Below are positions 1-13,291 of a stretch of DNA of 64,000 bases, in pieces. The stretch's first letter is position 1; each line of letters begins with the position of its first letter. Origin of the DNA: Podarcis liolepis (taxonomy: Eukaryota). Under the pieces are notes generated by a model. It was not told the DNA's origin and searched no databases. It was given only the letters and a program-made list of their open reading frames with translations. The translations under genes were made by a program, and so were the position numbers. The DNA lies in assembly GCA_965112155.1 (NCBI GenBank), contig OZ218113.1. The stretch is one strand, 5' to 3'.

Positions 1-450
1 ATCCAGAACAGGCAATTTGCCAATTTCCTGAATGCGGGAGCCACCTACCCAAACAGCTTCTGTCTTCCCAGGATTCAAACACCATTTATTGGCCCTCATC
101 CAGTCTATCATTGCATCCAGACACCGGTCCAAAGCTTTCACAGCCTCTCCTGATTCAGATGTTATGCCGAAGTAGAGCTGTTGTGTCATCAGCATACTGA
201 TGACGCCTCGCTCCAAAACTCCTAATGACCATACCAAACAGCTTCATATAAATATTAAATAGTACTGGGGAGAGAACAGTACCATATAGAACCCCATAGC
301 ACAAACGATGAGGAACATACACCCAGTGCTACTCTATGAACATGACCTTAAAGATACAACCGCACTACTGTAATACACTGCCTTCAATACCCATCTTGCT
401 AAGTTGGTCCAGGAGGATACCTTGGTCAAAATGGTATTCTGAGAGATCGT
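1..450 (-). mobile_element. Decayed L2-clade LINE, reverse transcriptase fragment
   Basis: Minus strand translates as ...YGVLYGTVLSPVLFNIYMKLFGMVIRSFGARRHQYADDT..., matching the RT motifs GVPQGSVLSP-LFNIYM and YADD. It contains stops and frameshifts. Confidence 0.85.
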
Positions 451-518
451 CTGAAGTAACAGGCTAACACTTCCCTCTCACGATAAAGGTCAAGCTACAG
501 TCAAGCAGTGTTGCTGAG

Positions 519-582
519 ATCATAGAAATCATAGAATTGTAGTGCTGGAAGTGATCCCAAGGATCATCTAGTTCAACCCCCC
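519..582 (-). mobile_element. CR1 LINE 3' terminal fragment
   Basis: atcatagaaatcatagaattgtagtgctggaagtgatcccaaggatcatctagttcaacccc is the reverse complement of a CR1 3' end with its (ATTCTATG)n-like tail. A similar stub lies at about 4291-4330. Confidence 0.7.
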
Positions 583-590
583 GCGAATAG

Positions 591-669
591 ACATTCTGTT
601 GTGTCAACCGCAACTTAGGTTTAAGGTGCCATTTTGTGCCTAGCTTATATATCTGAGTTTCTAACACTG
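591..669. mobile_element. Terminal fragment of an unclassified DNA transposon
   Basis: Homologous to 55416-55494 in this window. Ends in ...gagtttctaacactg, a CAGTG-type terminus on the minus strand. Confidence 0.5.
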
Positions 670-1029
670 CCCTTGCCCCTATAGACATCTCACAACCTCC
701 CCTGTCTCCGCAGCCTCAAATGCCAGATAGTCATGTCGATGGTGCCTCAAATGCCGGTGGCCACTGACTCAGAGCAAGACCACAAGCCCTGCATTCTCCT
801 CTCTGAAGCCAAAGTGACTGTACAGAGCCTTTAGAAGCCCACCTGCTGCTGCTAGACCATAGCATTTTGAATAAATCATGCCAAGTAATTTTGTCTGAGC
901 CGGGTGTGTATAGATCTGAAGGACATCTTAGGTTCAAGTGAAACTGAGGCATACCTCCAATGATTGGACCACACATACATTTTTGTAAAGTTATAATATA
1001 TATTTACCAATCCTGGAGTATTAAATGGC

Positions 1030-1212
1030 CTAATTTTTAAATTCTAATTGACCTAGGCAATTTCATCTACTTAGTGGTGTTCTTTTGTTTATATTTTGTA
1101 CACAAATTGCAATTGCTGGTCTTTTAAATTATCTGTATCTGTTTGTATTTGATGCCCAAATATGCAAAGGCTAGTGGTTGATGCAAATATCTACCTACCT
1201 ACCTACCTACCA
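1030..1212 (+). repeat. Dispersed AT-rich repeat, possibly a retroposon 3' end, followed by (TACC)n
   Basis: Aligns by eye with 13010-13205 (aatttttaaattct..ttga..ggcaatttcatct..agtggtgtt..cacaaattgcaat..gcaaag..agtgg.tgatgcaaa). Confidence 0.55.
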
Positions 1213-4200
1213 ACCAAACAACCGTCCAGGCCACTGGATACATATGGAATATCACAATACCTTGACATGTCTTTAAGTTGGCACATGAATATTTTCTGTT
1301 TTGGTTACAGGCGAACATGACTACTCTTCTAGAAAGGCAAGTTACAGCATGGCACTTCCGTACATTAGTACTAATTAGTACATTAGTACAGCAGTGCAGA
1401 GGACAAATATCAAACATCAGCATCTACCATGTCACTTGCACAACCAAGTATGCACAATCCCTTCTGATGTGACGCTTCCTCTTTGCTTCAGGTTGAATAT
1501 TACAGTACTAAATGCAAACAGAAAACTGCAATATCCTCAATCAATCCTGAACTTAGTTGGAATAGGAAAGAATGTTCAAAACTCCTTTTAAAAGGTGTCC
1601 TTTCTAAATGTCCCTGAATACCATGGGCTACAACCAATCTCTTTGGGAGGATATAAAAGTCAGCCTTCATCACTATACCCAAGCTTCATAAATACCAAGG
1701 CCCCCTTTTCCCTGGGAACCGAAAATGCAAGCACTGTTAAAATATTTATGTCCTACAGGAACACTTGAAAGTGAACAGTTGCCTTTGTTACAGGCCTCTT
1801 GCATCTCTGGATGCAAAGACAGCATACATTTTAAAAAAATCTTCTTTACTTAATCAATATACCCACCACAATCTGGTTCTACATTCACAATCACTAATGC
1901 TCATTAAAACTGCCACAAACACACTAAAAGAGGGATGGATGGAAGGAGAAACCCCTTTTGCCATTGTTTAACCTCAATTGACAGTAGAAAAGGATACTTA
2001 AATTGTAATTAATCCACAATTTGAAATATGCACCAGGGTATGGGTAACAAATATCTATGGTGGGGGCTTAATAGACACACTTAAAATAGCTTTAAAACAG
2101 TATGCAAAATATCTACAGGTCTGTGACTGGAAATTCTTACAACTCATCATTATCGAGTGATGCCTAAATGCTTAGAGATGTTTCGGCTCACGCATTCAGG
2201 GAACCTGTTTTAAGGTGGAGGCAAATAAGCAAGGCCTAGGCACACCAGTATTTTTGAACAGCCTGCTTATGGTATCATGCTTGGCTTCTGACGTAAGCAA
2301 TGGTACGAGGACTGTGACTATGGAAACCCGCAATTGAGTTGAGAGGGCTACTGCCAGACAGGACACAAGAGGCACCAGACCCAACGGAGAGGCAGGATGC
2401 AGTTGGAATCTGCAGGCCTTGCAGAATGTTAAATCTGATATGCTCTTCCCACATTGCCGATTCCAGGCCTGATGAGTGGGGCATTTCCTCAAACTGCTTC
2501 TTTCCCACTCTACATGGGTGTCACAGGCAACTCCCTTTTCCTAAACCAAAGCTGAAGTGTACCATGCGTTCAAAAAGCCACAGGAGTTAGAACGGGCTAG
2601 ACATTACACTGTGTGGCTCCTCCACACAAATCATTGCTTGCCTCCAGCGTTCCTCTCTGAAACCCAATAAGGCACCAGTGGGAAAGAGAGCACATGCGAA
2701 ATTAATTACTGTAAAATTAAACGGGATTGTCTTTTTCCTCTTCCTTCGCTCCCTTACCCAACAAAGCCCTTCCTGAAATCTCTCCAAGGTGTGTATATTT
2801 TATTTAAGTCACCAGAGCCCAAGCAGAACAGCCAAGACATTCACAGAAGTCAAGAAAGAGGAGGGCATGTGAGCACAATAGCTCCTTAAGAGAGCTCGCT
2901 CCCCCTCCGTCCCTCAAGCCTTCCCTTGCTCCAATGAACGTTTGGTGTCTGTCCATGAAAAACAAACATCAATCAGGCAACAGGCTGCCCCCCCCCATTC
3001 CTGGTCTGAAATAACAGACGTCCCCCACTGGGCTGGGAACGCCACTTCCCGGTCCAGCGCACATAGGGGATAATAACAGGGGAGCAGAAGGGGGGGGGGG
3101 TGAAATCCCGCTCCAAGGTGCCAGAATACACAGTGAACTGTGCTTTTCAGAGCCAGAGAAAACTTTGGAACACAACAGCTTTTGATTCCCCTCGTCCCAT
3201 TGGGCACGTTAATTATTTAATAGCTGGCTCGTGCATTTTCAGCGGTGATCTAGGAGGAGGAGGAGAGGAGGGAAGCAGGCGTTTCTCTCTCTCGCACACG
3301 CAGACTGGTCTAGCAGTGTATCTGTCCCCAGCAGGCATGTTGTGCTTCTTGGATGAAATAGTAAGAGGTGAGAGTTTCCAAAACTGGACAGAGGGAAGCA
3401 GTTTCCCATTAGGTAGCCGCAGAGTTCACAGTATGAGGCAAAGCAAATGAGACTTGCATGAGGTCTGGGGGTGTGCCCCAACCATGGATTTCTCTGAAAC
3501 GGAAACTTGGGAAATGTCGGTTTCTCTCTGCCCCACTTTTCAGATGCAAAGGGAACGCATGCTTATATGTTTACTGTTGCCCAGCGCCCAGAATATGAAA
3601 CGATGTCAGGAATTTTTCTGAGCAGCAGTTCCTCTGGCATGGCTGGACGGTGAAATCTGCAACCTTGTTGGCAGCTCAAGCATTTTCATGGGCAATCAGC
3701 AATGGTGCCAGTCAAAGCTTTGGAGAAATCAGATCTGACTGGTCTTGTTCACAAAAGAGAGGGAGGCGGGGGAGACAGAATATGCATCTGGGTATAAATA
3801 AAATAAAACCCCCAACCTAGTCTGCCAGCCTGCCTGCATACCATCTAACACCGCTTGATGGGAAACCCCTCCAAAATGACAACACCCTGCTCTGTTTGTT
3901 TAAAATTAAACATAGGAAGCCTGGCAGGAAAGCACAAAGGCAACCTTGCCAGCAGCAACAGAAGTAGACTCAGCAAGCTGCTGATCTATGCTAGACACCT
4001 GGGTGGCATCTTTAACAGTACAGGCCCACAGGGTGAGGAAAGGAGAACATTTCCTTGGCTAAGTAAATGCTTGAAGCAGGAATGCGTTCGAATTCACACA
4101 TTTGGAACCAAAGAGGTGGTCTGTTTGTGGGGTTTTTTTAAAGATGAAAACATCTGTCCATGGGTCTACTAGAAAGACAGCTTTGCTTATTATTAAAGCA

Positions 4201-5072
4201 CAGGATGTCTGTGACCCAATGACTGAGAGCTGTGCAAGCAAGCAGGGCTCTCCGACTGTTGGTGACACCAGGCGAGTGTCTCCCGCACACCACAGAATTA
4301 TAGCGTTGGAAGGGACCCCAAGGGTCTTCTTGTAGAGCTCCACTCGCCCCAGCTGACTATGGAAGCCCTGCCTGTGAGCACATGAAGCTACAAGACCCAA
4401 CCCAGTAAGATTCCTACATCACACATAACAGAGTTTGGACCGTGGCTGATATGCCACCTGCATTCATTGCAACTATCGTTAGTAGTTATGTGACCACAAA
4501 CCACAGAGGCTATAAGTCATAGTTAGAACTAAAGTGGCAGGACAGAATTTTCACAGCCAAAGCTGCTCTCTGTCACATATGGTAGAAGAAGGACACAATG
4601 TACACAACTATTCACGACTATTGTAGAATTCCTACTGGAACTAACTCCACTGAGTAGTCAAAACCTCCTGTCCTTTTAATTTATTTAAAAAGTCTAAAAC
4701 CTGCTTGACTTTTATTGTGTGCACATAAGGTAATTTTAAACAATAAAAACACAGTGTTTAAATACTGAACTAATTTAATTTACTATTATTGATTTTACTG
4801 GGATGGGGCAGTTTTTCTAACCTCAGACACCCAAATGTGGATTTGGATCCAATGTCATGCTGGCAGGGCTTGTCCAAGACCATTTGCTGCTTGAGGCAAA
4901 GCAGCAATCACACCCACACACACGCAACCAAAGTCAAGATCAGTCAACTTGTTCTGGCAATTGGGGCATAAAAACTCACAATAATGTCTCCAACTCCAAG
5001 TAAAATTTCTAAAGTAAATAATACTTTGCAGCCCTTTTATGACACCCCAAATCTCACCTTGCCTCATCTCTT

Positions 5073-5411
5073 GAGAGGGCCTTCTCAGTGGCGGCTCCCA
5101 GAATTTCCCTTCCTAGAGAAATTAAGAGTGGCTCCCTCCTTGTCCCTCTGCTGGCAGGTAGAAACTTCCTTGTTCCAAAAGGCTTTGGGGAACTGACTAT
5201 TTTTAAGGAAAGGGCTGGTGCTGTTAGGTTTTTGTTTTTACTGTAATGATCTGTATGTTGTAATAAATCTTATACACACACATAAACATTCTATTAATGA
5301 CTAATTGTATTTTAATTATTGTTTTTTTTCTATGTTTTTAGCTGTTTCTATTTTAGCTGTAGGCCACTTTTGAGTTCTTGTCAGGGGAAAAGGTGGGATA
5401 TAAATAAATAT
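5073..5411 (+). mobile_element. L2 LINE 3' end
   Basis: gagagggccttctcagtggcggctccc (RAFSVAAP motif), a T-rich 3' UTR, then tgtaggccac...ggtgggatataaataaata tail. Confidence 0.7.
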
Positions 5412-5416
5412 AAGTA

Positions 5417-5460
5417 TAGCAGCAGCAGCAGCAGCAGCAACAACAACAACAACAACAACA
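5417..5460 (+). repeat. Compound (CAG)n(CAA)n microsatellite
   Basis: Directly visible, immediately after the L2 tail. Confidence 0.95.
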
Positions 5461-7117
5461 GGGCCTTCCCTGCCATCATGATTCAAGAACATAATTACAT
5501 ACAATGGACAAATCCAGGTTGCATGCTCCATTTCTGCACCTTTGGTATCTAGGAAGGTGTATCACTGACAGCAGGAATGTTCCACATGATCAATTTTATA
5601 TCTGATGAAATTGTTTCATTGTTTTCAGAGACTGTATGGACAGTTTTGTTGTTTGAGTTTGTTGTAATGATTTTATTGTTTCTGTTGCTTGTTTCACTGT
5701 GTTTTATTCTGTTTTTACCACGTACACCGCTATGAAGGCTTTATGCTGTGAAGTGGTCTATAAATTTGTTTTACAACAACCACCCGTTTAATCCATGCTG
5801 TCCAAATACTACTCAGGAGATGTTGCAGGGAAGTACAGTAGAAACCACACCATGTTAGGAACGACATGCATCAGCCCACAAACAATGCTCTTGCATGGCG
5901 GCAGCGAGGAACGAGCATCTTTCAGCAGCAACGAAACTGCCCGTGTCTCCCATTTTGAAAAACTTGTCCTTTCACAGTAGAAAGGTGTGCAATTAACAGC
6001 ATCAACTTAACAGTGTTGTAAATCTCAGGCAGAAGAGCAATCAGATAAACAGAGGCTGAAGCTTATACTGTCGTGTGTGTGTTCGCGCGCACATGAGTGT
6101 GCATTTCTAGGATGAATTATACGCAAAAATGAAATTGCAGGAGTTGTCAGGGCATGAAGGATGCCCCCACGATCCAACCTCATTCACTCAGGATAGGACA
6201 GGACAGGCTGCTGTGAGCAATATAGGGATTTACACATCTCAAAATGAAGCTAATATAAAAATCAATTACTGAAACATACCACATGTCAACCCTGGGATTG
6301 CTGTGGAGAATGAACTATTACTGCTCGCCGCACAGATTGATCGGGAGAGAGCGCTTCCTGCTCATCAACCGCACGCCCCATGATTCCAAGATTGGGGGAA
6401 GGTTTCAGGGGAAAGAACTGTGCATCAGTCTGCAGGGGGGCTGAAACGGCAGCTTGTTAATAGTATTCTCTCTGCTCCAGCTGACCTCACTTCCACAAGA
6501 AGGAAATCACTGATTCACAAGAATTTTAGACAGCATCAGGGTTGCACACAAAAGGGAAACTGGACCCATCTGCAATTAAAGCGTGTGCTGTGATGGCATT
6601 GATCACTTTCATTGATTGAGCAGAAGGAAACACAAGATGACCTGGATGGTGGGGGGCAACTCCAGTACCCCCTTCTTCTTATCCGGGCACCCCCAAAGCT
6701 CCCCCCCCCCGCTGACTTGTCAAATTACTTGTCAATTGCTGGTCTGGCCTCTATTACGCCAGTGACCTGCACCAAGCGCAGGGTTACTCTGCCTGCCTGC
6801 AGGAATCCCTAATGGGCTATTATACAACTAAAGGCAGATTAATATTGATAACTTGTCAAACTGTTTCTCAAAAGTTAAGTGTGTGGCTGTAAGAGTCTAA
6901 AAGATAAGCAGGGAACAGAGAATCCAGTGGCATTAAAAAAAGAGAGTCACAAACACACAAAGCATCAGAATGCACTTGCCTTTCAATAGCAGCAGTGAGT
7001 GTAAATGGAAGTTTTGCTGGGTGGGGGTGTTTGCAGATGAGTCCTGGCTGCACACTCTGGGTGTAATTCATGGGCAGGTCAGTACTAGAGCTACATAAAT
7101 AACATGATTTATGTCCC

Positions 7118-7245
7118 CACTGACTGGCAGCAGCTCTCCAGGGTTTTCAGACAGGGTTCTCTTCCAGCCCTACTTGAAAATGCCAGGTATTGAACCTGGA
7201 GCCTTCTGCATGCAAAGCAAATGTTCTGCCACTGAGCTGCGGCCC
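7118..7245 (-). mobile_element. tRNA-derived squamate SINE, 5' part (Squam3-like)
   Basis: Reverse complement reads gggccgcagctcagtggcagaaca..tttgcatgcagaaggctccaggttcaatacctggca, a tRNA-like head with A and B boxes. Confidence 0.75.
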
Positions 7246-8455
7246 TTACTAAACTGTAAATCTAAACTCGGGAGCACAAAGGGAGTCTAGCCAGAAGCAA
7301 ATGTTTATTGAAACGAATGAGAGGGAAAGGTAAACAATCATGGGAAAAGATGAAGAGCCCATTCAGTTTTTCTTTTTAAAAATTCTTTTAGCTCAAGGTA
7401 ATATAAACTGTTATTAGTCAAAGGTTGGAATTATTTATTAAATGCCTTTGCTCATAACCCGATAGCCTCTTTTAATTGACTTTCACACAAACTGAACATG
7501 TAAAACTTGTCTGCTGAGGCAGAACCGTGCATGTTGGTTATTTTTCTCTCCTCGTTACAAGACCCCCTCAGAACTCTCCCAATATATACTCTATAATTAA
7601 AGAAAACAAACCATTCTTTCTATAACATTTATACTAGTGAGAAGAAATTGTTTATTGTTTAAGGGCTTTCCCTCCCTCCCTCCCCCCTTTTAAGCCCTCA
7701 CACGCTGTTAACGTTCCAGAATATTTAATTGTGCTGCATTTAAAATGTGAAATATTTTCAGGAAATGAACCAATTCTACCAAGGAATGGCAGTTGCACAG
7801 AGACATTTATGCTACCCTAGGTAATGGGATGAGCACGTAGCTTCTCTCTCAACTCCAAAAACGCAGCCGTGGCTTGGACGCTTTAAATCAAAAAGCAATT
7901 TCAGTCTGTAATGCTCAAATAAATAATTAAGTACATTCTATCTCCCGCAGTATTGCTTCTATTTATTCTCACCCCAGTGACAGGAATGTAGCAGCGTACC
8001 CCAATAACCTTAAAATAACAGACCTGCCACCCACCAGAGAGTGCAGAAATGTTTACAACTCAACTTTTCACCCTGATACTACAAAGGAACACTGTATACC
8101 AGCTTAACAGTGGAAAATACTCAGCTGGAGATGGCTGGGTTAAGTTGCGGAGAGGTTCGATATTGCTGTCTTGTCTTAGACAATACTAGATTGGTGTTGA
8201 TATTAAAACCATAAATTGCTTCTCTCCCTCAGCTGTTGGTCCTGATGACATTTTTGCCCATGTAAGTTGAGCTTTCCTGACATGAGACAAACGGCACCGA
8301 TTGAAAACTGACCTCGGTGTGTGGCTGTGAATTTTCCACTGGGCCTTAACAGAAGAGTGGTATGAGTTGCGAGAGTCGGTGAATAAATGGTGCAGGGAAT
8401 CTTGGTGTTAATGTACAGGATTGAACTGCAGATCTAAGTGTCGTCAGAAGAGAGA

Positions 8456-8580
8456 CAGGGGACCTATGGCCATCCACATGTTGTTAGACCCCATCAGCCA
8501 CAGCCACTGAGTCCACTGGTGAGGGAAGATGGGAGTTGTAGGACAACAATATCTGGAGGGCTGCAGGTTCCCCTGCTCTG
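8456..8580. mobile_element. Palindromic hAT MITE (MER5-like), degraded
   Basis: Internal inverted arms cccatcagcc...gatgggagttgtagga and caggggacc...ggttcccct ends. Same family as 17669-17799. Confidence 0.6.
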
Positions 8581-8640
8581 CTTTAGGTCCTCATGTGACT
8601 GGCTGTGCAGTCACAGAACATGAAGAAGGTGAAGAATTGA

Positions 8641-8882
8641 TTTATGGAATTCACTGCCACGAGATCACACTAATCCAGAGAGGAGATGTTTCTCAACATG
8701 GAGCTTTCCATGTTTGGGATTCTATGCCTCTGAATTCCAGTTGATGGTGAGCAACTATTAGGAAGAGAGGTTGAAAACTTTCCTGTGGACTTCCCAGAGG
8801 CATTTTATTGGCCATTTTGGGAAGCAGAACACTTGACTAGATGGACCTATGGTCTGCCCTAGCAGCACTTTTCTTATGCTTC
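8641..8882 (+). mobile_element. CR1 LINE 3' end remnants
   Basis: ttatggaattcactgccacgagat (LWNSLP motif) and 3' UTR gactagatggacctatggtctg...ttcttatgcttcc. Confidence 0.5.
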
Positions 8883-11819
8883 CACAATGGACCAGTGAAC
8901 AGTGATGGAGCTACAGCTTTAGGAGCCGGGCCCTATGATCAATATGAAAAAATCCAGGCTATTTAACTGTACAACTGGGGAGTGAGCCTCACTGAGCACA
9001 GTGGAACTTGTATGTGAGTTAACATGCACGGGATTGTGATGTAAAGCAATGAATGCTTATGGCCTATTTTGGTTGTCCATTCTTTCAGTATGAATAAGCC
9101 TTTCCTGGATATCAGTCCCAAACACACTTAGAATGGTGTGCCTCGGTTCTTGATAGTATCTCACCCAGTTGGCTGCAAACTGGAACCCAAGTGTGTGTGA
9201 CACAGCAAGGAGGCACTCTGATAAGATGATGTCCCGAGTGGAAATTCCACATTCCTAGGATGCTTCACATCTTCTAGAGATGAACAGACAAACACCTGTG
9301 CCACAAATGTATCTGCAGCATTTCTTACAACATGAGAAACACATACCTCTCTATCTGTCTTGCCTTAATGTCTTCCATAGGAATATGAAACCATGTACAG
9401 ATACAAACGATGGGGATGGCTACCATACAACGCAAAAACACATATACATAGCATTTAAAGAAATGTACCTACAATTTCTGTGAAATGGAACTGGACTTTA
9501 AAAATCAGGAGAAGGCAGATATAGTATGGGCTGCTTATTATTATTTTTTCATTGTCCAAATTTTATCCCCAAAACAATCCTGTAAAGTTGGCTAGGCTGA
9601 GAAATAGTAACTGTCCCAAGGTCAAAGCACTTCATATACCTGAACAAAGTTCTGAACCGGGGTTGTCCTGTTTCATGACACCACACCAGCTCTCCTTAAT
9701 TTCCACATAAAGAGACTCATTGATTCTGTGCATCCACTTCTTGCATTTGGTCAACCAGCTGCCTAAGAGATTTATCAAGCTTTAATCAGGCAATATAGTA
9801 CTCGGACCATAAAAAGGCAGGCCTGAAAGGGATGGCTCCCACACATTTAGATTTCAGACGAAGTGCTGGAACAGCTGCTAATTATGACGGACTATTTTCA
9901 TTTGATTTTTTTTTTCAGATTACTTTTCATTTGTGTAAACTGAGATCCAGCAAGAACCACCCACTCCCGGCCAAAAGGAAATCTAATTAGCCATCTCCAT
10001 TACTGGCTGGCCTCAATAAAATATTTCATCTCGCTGACGAATTCCATGCCTCTAAGGAAGACAAGAGAAACAAGTGGGGGAGGAACAGAGGAAATGCAGA
10101 AGCAAAAGAACTTGCCCAGGGTCAGACCACAGGCAGCAGCGGGGGCATAGCCTGGATCTCTTTCTGCCAAGCTCATTTCCCTAGACAAAAACAGAAGGCT
10201 GCAGAGTACTGTATATGCTGAGAGCAGCTTCGCCTGTGTTAGTTTCCACTTCACTGGAAGCCTGCCGGGAGCCAGGTGAAGTAACCATCCATTTCCAAAC
10301 CCTCCCACGCCCCCAAGTCCTTCCTGAAATAATAAGGTATCCATTCTGAAGCAGCATGCCCTATCTCTGGAGGTTTTGCATTTCTAGTTTTTAAAATGAT
10401 TTACTATGACAGTTTAGCACAGCAGGGAAGGAAAGGGGAGTGGGGGGAACATAGGAAAACACTCAGTCCCCTTAAGGCAACAGAATTATGCAGCCCTGAT
10501 CTCCAAAGAACACGGTCTCTTTTCTGGATCAGACATGCTAGTCAAAACCTCAGAGTCCTCTTAACAAGAAATCTCTCTTGCTGGCCTGAGGCACTATTCT
10601 GTGGCCAGGAAGACAAAATAAAAAAGACAATAAAATAAAAGGCAGAGACTTCAAAAGGATTGCAAGCTGTTAGCCCACATGGCAGGCAGTTGCAGATCAT
10701 CCCACATTGACAATTAGAGGCTACCTGCTGAGAAAATGTGGTTTCTGCTCAGCAAAGGCTGTACTGACTGGTCAGATTCTTTTTTAAGCCCATTACTGTG
10801 AAGGGTTTAAGTAGCTCTAAGAAGCTGGGGTTTCTCCCTAGTAAAGGGTGTCTATCAAGCTCTATGGAGTTAAAATGCTCTGGAACAACGCCGATCCTTT
10901 TAATACATCCAGTGGCCAATGCTAAAAGAGTTGATGGTGAAGTCCTTACAGGTTTTTCCTTTTGGGGTTGGGTGGTCCACAGTCTTCAAGAAGTGACGGC
11001 ACATCAGACTTTAATACCAGTGAAGGCAGTGAATGGAAAGTGTGTGTGGAAACCATTGGAGGGGTGTGTGTTTGTTTATAGGTCAAAATCAAATACTACT
11101 ACTACTTCTACCATATGCAATTTTGGCAGTTAGAAGCAAGGGCTACCAACTACTGTGACTTGCAGTCAGAGCTTCATTTATATCCAAACTAACATACCAA
11201 TTCAAAACCCGACTCAGCTGTTTGCCCCAGTGATCTCTAGGGGCCGTAGTTTTGCAAGGGGACAAGAGATTCCCTGCTCCATCACAAATCTATGGTGCTA
11301 AGGCAGGGCTACTTGGAGGACACTTATGAAAGTTAAACCAGTTTGAAATGTTTGAGGAACTGGACACAGAGGAAGGAGTCAACTTCCTTCATGGGCATAA
11401 ATCACCCTATATATGAAATAAAACCAACAGGTGCATGGTCAGCCAAGCTAGTTACTATGGCAACGGCCAAGTGATTATAGCATGTCAACTCATTAGCGAG
11501 TCTTGAGAAGGGAGTCGTAGTCTGTGTTATGTCTTAAATTGCTGGACCAACAGAAATTATTAGTATTTATATGTATCTGCAAAGCCTACAAGCTGTATAC
11601 ATATCCAAAACTGTATTACTGAAGCCTTTTATCTTTTGCAACGGTAAACTATTTGGACCTTAATTTGCCTGTGTGGTGATTGGAACTGGGGGCAACATGT
11701 CTGCTGCATGGGTATGTCACCTAAGATTCCCAACATGAAATTCTGAAAGTCATAGTATTTGGAAACTATATTTAGATAGTCTAAAGCTCAGAGAGTCCAT
11801 CCTCTCTACAATAGGAGTA

Positions 11820-11881
11820 AAAAAATGTTAACAAGAAGTAGCCACAGCTCAAAAAATGTTAACAAGAAGTAGCCACAGCTC
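11820..11881 (+). repeat. Perfect 31-bp tandem duplication
   Basis: aaaaaatgttaacaagaagtagccacagctc occurs twice, at 11820-11850 and 11851-11881. Confidence 0.95.
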
Positions 11882-13009
11882 TCTTTAAAATCAGAGATTT
11901 ATTGGCCCTTTTTACGGTAGAACACCAAAGATGCTAGAGTTACTGCATCAGCTGGCTACTCGACTCAAAAGCCCTTTGGTAGGGCTTTTTCACTTGAAGG
12001 GCACCAGACTTTGAGGCAACCTTATATTTAAGTCTGTTAGCCATTAATGGCCAGGAACTGCATGCAAGTGAGTGAGTGGCTGGGCTGGAATGATAGAGGT
12101 GGAATCCTTGATCTAAGAAACCAGGCAGGCAAGTAAATGAGTGAAGCCACCTCTTCTCACCCTACCTAGAAATATAGCTTTCCATCACTCCAGAGGATGA
12201 TGATGATTTTCATGTAGTAAATTTGGGGATCTTATCTACAAGGCCATTTAAATATATATTTATTGATTTTTAAATATTAAACAAGTATAACAACAAACAA
12301 CAACAAACATATTCATTATTGCAGCATGCAAATCTACAAGGCTGGTTTGAGTGCAAGACAGGAACATTTTTCAACACTTGGACCTCAGCACTGAAAGTGA
12401 GATCAGTTAGGTACAAAAACAGTGTCAAGCCAAAATCTGCCAGCTGTTATCTACCCCCACCTATTTTGCTGTCCCATTTGCAGGTGGAAAAACAAGAAAG
12501 GCATTTCAGCAATTTACCAGGTGAGCCACCAGCAGTGGCTATGTCTTTGGCCTATCACCACATGAGTTATTACATTTAGGTTTGAACAAAGCAAAGGACA
12601 TACTGAGGCAATGTTTGCTTGAAAATAATCTGTCTGCAATGAGAAAATTGAGTCCTTTGTACGACTTGTTTCCCAGCTAGTCCTCTTGATACGGTAGCAT
12701 TGTATCAACAAGATCTAACATACCTGAATATACTTTATTGAGTGCACAACTGAATGTGCCTGCCTTCAGCAGTACACATTATAAGAGAATCCCATTACAA
12801 AACTGGATATGTCCATGTGGATATGGCAGTGTCAAAACTGTGGTTTGTTGTTTGGCTCTTTGTGTGGAGATTTGCATAAAGAGTTAATCACTTTGTTTTT
12901 AAGAGTCTCAACCTGGGAGTCTAGGCGCTTATTACATGGCTTTTCTCCTTGGAGATAAAGACTAGCTGGTGGCAGCAAAAACTGCAGTGCCCTGAGTTTT
13001 AAACTATGT

Positions 13010-13205
13010 AATTTTTAAATTCTGATTGAGTTTGGCAATTTCATCTGCACAGTGGTGTTTCTATGTTTATATCAGCACACAAATTGCAATGACTGATGTT
13101 TTAATTTAGTCTGGTAATTTTACCTGCTTATTTGTTTATATACATATCTTTGATTTTTTTTACTCTAATTGCAAAGCCCAGTGGATGATGCAAACAAATA
13201 TCTAA
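13010..13205 (+). repeat. Dispersed repeat, second copy of 1030-1190
   Basis: Shared colinear blocks with 1030-1190. Confidence 0.55.
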
Positions 13206-13291
13206 CACCAGTGGCATAGCACAATTCTCATGCTAGCGGTGTGGATAGGGCTTTGGGGGAAAGAGACAGCACCCCTCATCTCCTCCCCCCA

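Noticed and set aside
2465-2500. Second hammerhead candidate, ctgatga-gtggggcatttcctc-aaac
   Set aside because: It lacks the G of GAAA, helix II is weak and there is no Penelope context.
5319-5552. Poly-Ser/Asn or poly-Gln coding repeat
   Set aside because: It is a microsatellite grown from an L2 tail, with no splice or coding context.
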